Assembly: GCA_963722385.1 (NCBI GenBank)
Contig: CAVRKK010000001.1
Span: 96,001-160,000 of the forward strand
Source of the DNA: an uncultured bacterium
GTDB lineage: Bacteria; Babelota; Babeliae; Babelales; Babelaceae
Reading direction: 5' to 3'
DNA length: 64,000 bases
The translations under genes and the position numbers were made by a program. The notes under the pieces are model-generated. The model worked only from the letters and a program-made list of their open reading frames with translations. It had not been told where the DNA came from and made no database searches. How positions within the stretch are numbered: position 1 is the stretch's first letter; the number at the start of each line of letters is the position of its first letter. Below, one piece after another: positions 51,482-60,483 of the stretch.

Positions 51482-53062
51482 TTATGAGGCAGTAATATTC
51501 TTTGCTACCCAGTCGATTGTCAATTGCTTTTCTTCGTAATTAAAAGAGAGACCTACGAGAATAATCGCTTTTCCTTTGTTGAGATATTTTTCATAATATT
51601 TTCGATCTTGAATTTGTTGAAGAGCTTCTTGGCTCGTGGCATTAAATTTGAACTCGAATACAAAGATACGGTTCTTGGTAATGAGTGTTGAGTCTATTCT
51701 TCCTTTGCTGGTGGGTTCTTCTGACTGTATGCTAAAGCCAAGTAAATCAGCCAAAAGATGAAAAAGTGAATGGAAGTAAGCCTCATTATTTACGTAAAGG
51801 TTGTATGGGATGTTAGCCAATAGGCTTCTTAAATGGGAGCAAAATGTTTCGATATCATTTTTTTCTAGTGCTGTGCGCATAACAAAGACAGCAGCGTCAA
51901 CTTCCTGTTTGCCTTTGCTGGTCACAATGCTGACAAGATATGCGGTTATCGAAATCCTCACTTCTTCATTAGGGTATGTTAACGTATATGTTTTTAAGTC
52001 TTTGTCGAAATCTTTAATGGTGAGATACCCTGTTTGGAAAAGGAGCGTGTTAAGTGGTAGCCTTTGTTCTAGATCGAAAGCACCAAGGCTTTCTCTCTTT
52101 AAAACAACGTTATCAAAATCAGTAAAGGGCTCATGTAATTCTTTATACTGAGTTTTAAGCAGATCAATGAGAAAAGAAGGGGTGCCAGATTCAAACCAAT
52201 AGTTATTGATCTCTTTTTTTCGTAGGCAATGAAGTATGGAGAAAGGGTTATAAACTTTTTCAGCGTTCTCATTACCTGAGAATTTATACCCGTTATACCA
52301 TCGTTTTATTTCTTTCTCTAGAAGGTCGGTTGAAGTATGGGCATCATGGCAAAAAATCTCAATATAGGGTTTAAAGTATTTTCTAATTTCTTCTTCTGTA
52401 TAGCCTAGAAGCGTTGCTCCTGGCAGATCCAAAGAAATGTCATTCAGATTGTTCATTCCTGAAAATATAGATGTTTTAGAAAATTTTGTTACACCGGTTA
52501 TGAGTATAAAACGCATATAAGCATCAAGACTTTTGACTACGGTGAAGAAACTACTCAAGACTTCTCTTATAGCTTTTGCTTTTTCTATTAAGACAAGATT
52601 TTTCAAAAGAGGGTAATCATACTCATCTACCAAAAGTACTACGTTACTTTTGGCTGCAAGTTGAGTAATAAGAGAACGTGTTTTAGTTTCGAGGGAAGGT
52701 GCATCTGCAATACTAAGGCTTGCCCCGTGTGCTACTTGTTCAAGAATCCATATAAGATCAGCTTTGAACGAATCGGCATCTTTATGCGAAATAGATGAGA
52801 AATCTAGATGAATTACCGGGGAAGGCTCCCAAGCATAATCGCTCTTGGCAATCCAGAGTTCGGCAAAAAGCTGTTTGTTGCTTAAAAATATTTGCTTGAG
52901 GGTTGAGATTAAAAGCGATTTACCAAAGCGGCGAGGACGTGATAAAAAATAAAGCCTGCCTTGCTTAATTAAGTGATAAATGTGCTCTGTCTTATCAACA
53001 TAAAGGTAATCTTGAGTGATCATTGTTGCAAAATCACTCACGTCGATAGGAAGCTTTTTCAT
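51482..53062 (-). CDS. AAA-ATPase-like protein with C-terminal PD-(D/E)XK nuclease domain
   Basis: LPI...DF, YVDKT, SRPRRFGKSL, VDEYD.P, TGVTKFSK, WYNGY, GRID..FVFEFK. Confidence 0.92.
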   Translation of the reverse strand: MKKLPIDVSDFATMITQDYLYVDKTEHIYHLIKQGRLYFLSRPRRFGKSLLISTLKQIFLSNKQLFAELWIAKSDYAWEPSPVIHLDFSSISHKDADSFKADLIWILEQVAHGASLSIADAPSLETKTRSLITQLAAKSNVVLLVDEYDYPLLKNLVLIEKAKAIREVLSSFFTVVKSLDAYMRFILITGVTKFSKTSIFSGMNNLNDISLDLPGATLLGYTEEEIRKYFKPYIEIFCHDAHTSTDLLEKEIKRWYNGYKFSGNENAEKVYNPFSILHCLRKKEINNYWFESGTPSFLIDLLKTQYKELHEPFTDFDNVVLKRESLGAFDLEQRLPLNTLLFQTGYLTIKDFDKDLKTYTLTYPNEEVRISITAYLVSIVTSKGKQEVDAAVFVMRTALEKNDIETFCSHLRSLLANIPYNLYVNNEAYFHSLFHLLADLLGFSIQSEEPTSKGRIDSTLITKNRIFVFEFKFNATSQEALQQIQDRKYYEKYLNKGKAIILVGLSFNYEEKQLTIDWVAKNITAS

Positions 53063-53096
53063 AATGGAGTCTCCGTAGTTGTTTAACTTTATGCTT

Positions 53097-53420
53097 TTAT
53101 TTAACAGGCCTACCTACGGATAACCGTTCTTTCTTTCTAAAAGGATAAGCAGAACCACGTCCCTGTTCAAGCTCAGACACGGCTTTTGCAAGAGCTTGTT
53201 CTGCGAAAGCAGCTATCGTAAGATCCGGTTCCCAATAAACAGCATTTTTAATTTTATCTATAAGATCCACGGGAATGTAGATAGTCATTCTTTGTTTTCT
53301 GGTAATGCTAATCTTGGGCTCAAGCTTAGTAGTGGTTGGACTGTCAGAGGTTTGAATAGTTTGGTTAAGTGATAAGTAGTGCTCTAAGGGGTGAGTCCCA
53401 ATTGTTTTTTGCTTTGCCAT
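53097..53420 (-). CDS. Small ribbon-helix-helix-like partition partner (type Ib ParB/ParG-like)
   Basis: GGAG RBS; KQRMTIYIPVDLIDKIKNAV..LTIAAFAEQAL; directly after parA. Confidence 0.65.
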   Translation of the reverse strand: MAKQKTIGTHPLEHYLSLNQTIQTSDSPTTTKLEPKISITRKQRMTIYIPVDLIDKIKNAVYWEPDLTIAAFAEQALAKAVSELEQGRGSAYPFRKKERLSVGRPVK

Positions 53421-53451
53421 AATTGTCTCCAATAACAGTATTTTAACCAAT

Positions 53452-54320
53452 TTAACCATTTTCATAAATGTAACCAATGTATATATTGTATACAATTGTG
53501 CTAATTATGAAAATACACATATTAACACCATTTTCATAATTGGTGTGATGATGGCTTGGAATGCTTTTTTCTTGCATAATAACTTCTTGAGCTAAAGCCT
53601 GATAGTCGCGGGTTCCGGTACTTTCTGGGGCATATACCGTAATTGATTGATTAAAAGAAGGAGCTTCAGCAAGGCGAATGTTTTCATGAATGACTGTTTG
53701 ATACACCAAAGGGCCAAAGTTTTTGCGTAAGGCATCAACCACATCTTTAGAGTGTTTGGTTCTTGAATCGACCCTGCAAGCAAAAATGCCAGTTATTTTT
53801 AACGTGCTATTAAGTCTCTCTTTAATAACATCAACAGTATTGAGAAGCTGTACAAGGCCAGCAAGAGCCATAATGCGTGATTCAACGGAATGATAAGCTC
53901 ATCAACGGCATTAAGCGCATTAACCGTTAATAATCCCAAAGTTGGGGGACAATCAATCAGGATGTAATCCCATGCTGTTTCATCCAGTTGTTTGAGTTTA
54001 GTCTTTAAGACTGTTTCAGCACCCACCTCATGGGCAAGCGTCTTTTCTAAACCTATGAGCCATGAAGATGATGAAATGGTGCTAATGTAATCAATACATG
54101 TATTGGTGATAATACTGTTAATGTGTACATTACTCGTCAATACATCTAATAGGCCTCGTGATTCAGATGAGCAACCGAGCCAAGCAGAGGCCGAAGCCTG
54201 AGGGTCGAAGTCAATAACAAGAACTCTTCTCTTTTGTTCTGCAAGGGTAGCTGCCAAGTTAACGTGGTTGTAGTTTTACCACCTCCCACCTTTTTGATTG
54301 ATGATAGCTATTTTTCTCAT
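53452..54320 (-). pseudogene. parA: ParA/Soj-family ATPase with three single-base frameshifts
   Basis: MRKIAIINQKGG/GKTT, VLVIDFDPQAS, DYILIDCPPTLG, ENIRLAEAPS across three frames. Confidence 0.85.
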
Positions 54321-54905
54321 AATTAACTCACTTTACTAACTAAATGGTTACATTAACACCATTAACAGTATTTAATAAATACAACCAATTAAAAGAATTC
54401 TGAAGAGCTGGAGAGGCTATGGAGACCGTTAAAGGAAGTTTGTTTACCAAACGCCTCCTAAGGCCTGTGGTTGAAATTATACCATAAAATGGTACAAATT
54501 TAACCAACTAAGGATACGAGTTATGTTTCTTAATCGAGTTTGGCTGGTTGTAATTTCAATTCTAACGTTTTTAGGGCAGCTTTAAGAACCTTTTTTTGAT
54601 GGATCTTGTTCGAAAACAGCTAAATCCACGATCCTGCAAATAAAAACCTTGTAGAACATATAGAAAAAGGATTAAAGCAAAAGGCGACCATATATAGAGG
54701 ATCATTTACCAAGCCTAAGAAACGGTAGCTGATGGTGCAAAGAAAAATCGTTTTTACAGAGCAAAATGGGTATAAGCCCAACGACATTACGCTCATTTCT
54801 GGTCGATGAAAAGAAAGCAATATATGCGGCAATATCAAAAATCTTGGGTTTTATTGAACAACATGAAAATAAATAGTGTCTCCATGGGAAAAAGTGCGGG
54901 ACTTG

Positions 54906-56228
54906 CTAAATTTTTTGCTTCTTATCAAGAGCCGCAGCTATAGCATATAAAGGATATGTATGAATTTTTTGAAATAACGAGTAGTTAAGTGTAGAAAATC
55001 GAATACCATAAGGAGAATGTGGATGGCTTTCCAAAAATAACTGCATACTCTTCAGTGTTGTCCCTTTGCCACTTTTTACTTCGATAGGAATAACATGCTC
55101 TTTGCTTTGGATGAGATAGTCAATCTCTGCCTCGCTACCCCGCGCAGTTCTATGCCAGTAGTAGAGATATGATTTGGCGAAAGGATTGGAGTACGCAAGC
55201 AATTCTTGTCCTATAAATGATTCTACAAGCTCGCCTTTGTTAATAAACTGCTCAAGTGGATTAATAATCCAGTTTCCTAGATTAAGACCAAGTATTACTT
55301 GACTTAAGGCAACATCCAGAAAGATTACTTTAAAGTTATGCGGATCTACTTGTGCTCCCAAAGGAATACCATTGCCCGCGCTCCAAAATACTTTGGTTGC
55401 TATACCTGCAGTTGAAAGCAAATCAAGACAAGGAGCTAGCTCTCTTTTCTGATAATTACCATCTATTGCACTATACTTAAACTTTTTACCTAAAGATAAA
55501 GGAATATGCTCAAGGAGCACATTTAAATACTTAATCTGTAACTTTTTTGCATACTTACTAAAATCATATCGATATGTATCAATAATGGCCTGTTGTATTT
55601 TGAAACATTCAAACAGATCCTTTGTTTTTTGCCAGCAGTCAACAACTTCTGGCATGCCTCCTACAGCCAAATATTCACCTACTATAGTTAAAAGTTTACG
55701 ATGAATAGGCTCACTTAAAGAGTTCTCTAACGTATGCTGTAAAATTTCTTCTGCTAATAAGTCATACCTCAAAGCATAGAGAAACTCAATAAATGACATG
55801 GGATACATATAGAGTAACATAACTCTACCAACGGGGATGCCGACTTCTTCTATAGCAAAGTCTAAAAGAGATCCTGCCGCTATTACATGTAGCTCTGGCA
55901 TTAACTCGTAAAAATAACGCAAAGCAATCAGGGCTCGTGGTATAACTTGTATTTCGTCAAGAAATAACAAGGTTTTATGTGGAATAATCGGACGATCAAC
56001 CAGGAGAGAAAGCTGGCGAATAATAATATCTGGCCGAAGGTCTCCTGAAAACAATAAAGCAGCTTCAGTGTTAGACTCAAAATTAATTTCGATGAAATCA
56101 TCAAAAGACTTGCCAAGTTTTCGTACAGCATGAGTTTTACCTACTTGACGGGCACCTCGAAGAAGTAATGGCTTACGAAAGCGATCTGTTTTCCAATCAA
56201 TAAGATAATGATCGATAAATCTTCTCAT
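54906..56228 (-). CDS. AAA+ ATPase (AAA_14 plus DUF4143-like)
   Basis: RKPLLLRGARQVGKT, LDEIQ, AAGSLL, GGMPEVV, AEIDY..PIEVKSG. Confidence 0.92.
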   Translation of the reverse strand: MRRFIDHYLIDWKTDRFRKPLLLRGARQVGKTHAVRKLGKSFDDFIEINFESNTEAALLFSGDLRPDIIIRQLSLLVDRPIIPHKTLLFLDEIQVIPRALIALRYFYELMPELHVIAAGSLLDFAIEEVGIPVGRVMLLYMYPMSFIEFLYALRYDLLAEEILQHTLENSLSEPIHRKLLTIVGEYLAVGGMPEVVDCWQKTKDLFECFKIQQAIIDTYRYDFSKYAKKLQIKYLNVLLEHIPLSLGKKFKYSAIDGNYQKRELAPCLDLLSTAGIATKVFWSAGNGIPLGAQVDPHNFKVIFLDVALSQVILGLNLGNWIINPLEQFINKGELVESFIGQELLAYSNPFAKSYLYYWHRTARGSEAEIDYLIQSKEHVIPIEVKSGKGTTLKSMQLFLESHPHSPYGIRFSTLNYSLFQKIHTYPLYAIAAALDKKQKI

Positions 56229-56247
56229 AGTAGCTTCTCATCAAATA

Positions 56248-56362
56248 TGTTTAAAAATCAAACATAATTTAGTCTATTTTTGCTTGAAAATCAAACATTT
56301 TATGAAAAAATTGCTTAAAAATCAAATATGTTTTAAGAGATTTTTGCTTAAAAATCAAACAT
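56248..56362. repeat. Four 18-bp direct repeats upstream of the ATPase gene
   Basis: tgYttRaaaatcaaaYat at 56248, 56281, 56312, 56345. Confidence 0.85.
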
Positions 56363-56607
56363 ATATTTGAGCCAGGTTGTAGCAGTCAAAAAAGGGCAAG
56401 GAGTCCCCTTTGTTTACCTATGGGGAGGAATTGCCCGCCATAGTAAGCGCGGTTGCGCTTGACAGGCTTAAAAAGGCCCAAGAAGGGTGAGCGGGACGAT
56501 GAAAGGCTGCTCGCCTCGAGCAAGTTAAAAAATATTGCAAATGTGTAAATATATTTGTTATTATTAATTCACATAGAATTCAAGGCGATATTATGCTAGG
56601 AGAGAAA

Positions 56608-57021
56608 ATGAAGATGAAGATGAAAAACTTATTTTTATATCTAGTACCTCTATTTATTAGTCAAGTATGTCAGGCATACAACTTTACCATTAAAAATTGT
56701 ACTGGTTTGAGCTTGTCGGTGAATCTTCATGGGAAAACTGATTTTTGCAAAAGCCAATGGTTTTACAATATTCCGCCAGGTGGGACGCAAGAGCACTCAT
56801 TGGCTCCTGGATGCTGTGCTGGCAGTGTTCACTTGTACAAGGGCATAGGTCCTGGACAAGGACAAGATTTAGGCGCGTACAATATATTTAGTGGAATGAG
56901 TAGTGAGTACAAGCTCTGCTCGAGCACAACAATTTACATTGGCTATTGGGATAATAAATGGCAAGCTAATATTGAAGTGGATAAAGGGGACTATGATTTC
57001 CCAAGCAATATTTGCAATTGA
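56608..57021 (+). CDS. Small secreted beta-rich Cys-containing protein
   Basis: Signal peptide (CQA|YN); FTIKNCT..NIPPGG..GCC. Confidence 0.8.
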   Translation: MKMKMKNLFLYLVPLFISQVCQAYNFTIKNCTGLSLSVNLHGKTDFCKSQWFYNIPPGGTQEHSLAPGCCAGSVHLYKGIGPGQGQDLGAYNIFSGMSSEYKLCSSTTIYIGYWDNKWQANIEVDKGDYDFPSNICN

Positions 57022-57160
57022 TCTTAAAAACAAAGAAGAATTTATGTCTGTAATGTCTTATTTACAGACATGCTAAATCGTATTCTGCGTGGATGTTTTT
57101 ATGTTCCATCTGTGCTCATTTATAATCCTTTTCCTCGTTATCCAAGTGGCGTCTTATTAA

Positions 57161-57495
57161 TCAAGATTTTTGAATAAGACTGAAAATATTTGACGTATTA
57201 TTCCAGCTTACAACAGTGCCCAAGGATCTTTTTTGGTTTTCGCTGCCTGCATATACAAGAAAGGCATTAGCCGGATTAGCATGAGCAAGATTATTCCAGT
57301 AAGTAAGTCCGTTAAAAAAAGAGGTGCTGATTGTTGAACCCCGTTTAATTTCTACTGGGATAAAAAGCTGATTTTCCTCTAAAATAGAGTCAACTTCGTT
57401 TCCGATATGGTCACGCCAAAAGTGGACATAGGGGATTTTTCCGTGATTGCAATAGTACTTATAAGACTCAGAAATAATAAGGGATTCGAAAGGCC
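57161..57495 (-). pseudogene. C-terminal fragment of a DUF4143-type ATPase
   Basis: FESLIISE..HFWRD..GNEVD..PVEIK; N-terminal ATPase domain missing. Confidence 0.8.
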
Positions 57496-57714
57496 GCCTA
57501 ATAATGCATTGGCAACTGTTCAGGCGAACCTTCTTATAAATTCTAATCCAAAATTCGAATATTTGTAAAGACCTCATTGATTGCCCGATAAAATGGGCAA
57601 ATTCGTTTAGGACATCACTAATTCTCCCAAGGAGACGGAATATTCAACGCTGATTGGGCTAGGATGAGCTAATTTCTAGCAGAATTCTTAGTTGCCTTTC
57701 TTATCAGAATCATG

Positions 57715-58044
57715 GTTTTGATACGTTGCTTGTTACGGAACTGAGTAGGCTGAGGCAGAAGCACAGCCGAAGTTATGAGCCTTGTTAATGATCTTATCAA
57801 GCGCAATATTCGACTTATTGTCATAAAGCAGGGATTAGACTCAAATCATCAGGATATGGGACCAAAAGTACTGATTACTATGTTTTGCTTGTTTGCTGAG
57901 CTTGAGCGGGATCTTATTAGCCAAAGAACGCGAGAGGCTCTCGCTGCCAAAAAGCGCCAGGGAATTAGGATCGGCAAACCAAAGGGAACTATTCAGAAAA
58001 GTAAGTTTGACGAGCATATAGCTAGATTTTTAGGTTATACCTGA
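57715..58044 (+). pseudogene. Serine recombinase (resolvase/invertase) fragment
   Basis: DTLLVTELSRL (frameshift) RSTAEVM..FAELERDLISQRTREALAAKK.QG..IGKPKG. Confidence 0.85.
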
Positions 58045-60197
58045 CGGTTCATATCTTGCTACTGCTAATTATTCAGGGTGATGTAGTGATTTTTTCAGTA
58101 GGGGCAGGAGGCACTTTAAGTCAAGGTACTTCTTATCCTTTGCCTAGTGGTTCTACCGCAAGCACAGTAGTGTTTTCTCCTTCGGGATCTTATCTTGCAA
58201 CCTGTAGTAATGGCGGTAGCAACGGAAATACTATAACTCTTTTTACGGTAGAAGCAGGAGGAATTTTGAGTAATGGGGGTTCATACGGCTTAGCCGGCTC
58301 TCTGTCTCCTGCTGGAATAGCCTTTTCTCCTAATAGTGCCTATTTAGCTACCGCCAATTCTTACACAAATGATGTTACCATCTTTAGCGTAAAGACTGGA
58401 GGAGTATTAAGTGGTGGTACCTCATATGCATTGCCTAGCAACTCAACTGGACCTCAGTTTGTAGCGTTTTCACCTGATGGTAACTACTTAGCTACCGCTA
58501 ATCAGGCATCAAATGATGTAACAATATTTCAAGTAGGACCTGAAGAAACTTTGAGTGGAGCACTATCATATGCATTGCCAAGCAACTCGAGCGCTCCTTT
58601 TTCAGTAGTATTTTCGCCAAATGGCTTATATCTTGCTACTGCTAATAAAACTTCAAATAACGTAACGATTTTTAACGTAGGAAGGGGAGGCATATTAAGC
58701 GGTGGCACATCTTATTCTCTACCTTCTGGTTCAACGGTACCATTTTCAGCAGTATTTTCACCAAATGGTTTGTACCTTGCAACGGTTAATGCTAGATCTC
58801 AAGATGTTACCTTATTTACCGTAGCAGAAGGAGGAGTACTCAGTAATGCCAATTCATACCCTTTACCTGCTGGATCCTTGGAACCTGAAATGGGAAAATT
58901 CTCATCATCTGGCCAGTATTTTGTGACCGCTAATTATGGCTCAAGCGATGTTACGGTCTTTACTGTTGTCTGCACCGATCAAGCTGAGAGTACAGGGATC
59001 TCATATCCTTTACCTCCTCATTCTATAAGACCTGAGGCGATAACTTTTTCACCCGACGGCCTTTTTCTTGCAACAGCTAACTATGACTCAAATGATGTAA
59101 CCATTTTTAGAACAAGTACGACAGGTTATTTTATCGACCTTGGATTGGCAACCTCATATAAACTACCTTTAAATTCAACCAATCCAGCTTCGATAGCATT
59201 TTCTTCTGATACCGCGTACGCGGCAACGGCCAATAGCGGTTCGAATGACGTAACTCTCTTTACTCTTTCAGAAGGACAGTTGCAAAATGCCCGATCCTAT
59301 ACATTACCTGCAGGATCAACTAACCCAACGTCAGTAGAGTTTTCGCCAAACACTAGGTATCTTGCTGTAGCTAGTGGAGTTTCAAGTGACGTGGTAATCT
59401 TTACTGTTAATGCAGGTTCTTTGGAAGAAGCTGCTTCATATGCATTACCCACTGGTTCCTTAAACCCTTTAAAAGTAGCGTTCACACCTAATGGTTCGTT
59501 CCTTGCTACCGCTAATGCAAATTCAAATGATATAACCCTCTTTGCGGTTTCTGGTAACGCATTAACGAGTGGCATATCTCAGCCCTTACCGGCTGGATCC
59601 CGAAGACCTCAATCACTTGTATTCTTGCTCAGCCCATCTGGCGAATTATTTTTAGCCACAAGTAATAGTGGCTCAAATGATGTAACTATTTTCGGCATCC
59701 AGTCTGGAGCTATAACAAGCTCACTCTCATATTCCTTGCCTGAAGGAACGAGTAATCCTCAGGGAATAACCGCATCACCAGATGGGACTTACCTCGTAAC
59801 TGCCAATAGCGGTTCCAATGGTATTACCGCCTTGACGCTTGTCGGAAGCGAAATCCAAAATGCTATTTCATATAGTCTGCCAAGCAACTCAAGCAATTGT
59901 GTTGCACTCTCCTTTTTCCCTATAAACCAACAACAAATGACAGTTGTTACAGCCAATAGCGCTTCAAACGATGTATCAGCCCTTCCCTTACTTGATGTCG
60001 CAGAAGGAGAAGGAGACGGAAGCAGTCTTCCTCTAGGAGTCATTATAGGAACAACTATAGGTATTCCGGCGGGCCTTGCTTTTTTAGCAGCTGGAATAAG
60101 CATGCTTAGTTGCTTAACCTATAAGTATATACAGCATAAGCGTCGGACAAACGCTAGAACTTGTGATGCAAAACAAGCCGTAGAAGAGTTTTTGTAA
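58040..60197 (+). CDS. Beta-propeller repeat protein (lactonase/WD40-like) with C-terminal TM anchor; 5'-truncated
   Basis: About 13 repeats of ~49 aa SYxLPxGSxxPxxxxFSPxGxYLATANxxSNDVTIF; upstream PDGSYLATANY is in another frame. Confidence 0.8.
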
Positions 60198-60483
60198 AAT
60201 AGAAAGTGCATTTGGTTCTCGAGACACGGGCAAATCAACCATAGCCAAGCACCATCCAGATGCTCTCTTAGTTGGTTTGCGAATAACAGAAGAACCGTTT
60301 CACTTCTTGTTGAGCCAGCCTTTTTAGTTGCTAAAGCCAAAGTCTTGTATCAAGCGCATGTTTGATCCGGCAATTGACCCCGAAGTTAGAAACATTTATT
60401 CATAATAGCAAGGCAAATTATTGCTCTTTTATATAGCAATAATGTAAAATAAGTAATGCAGATACAACTAAAAGGTTTGCTTT

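Noticed and set aside
56248..56362. Mini CRISPR array
   Set aside because: The repeats are 18 bp and imperfect with only 13-15 bp between them, too short for spacers.
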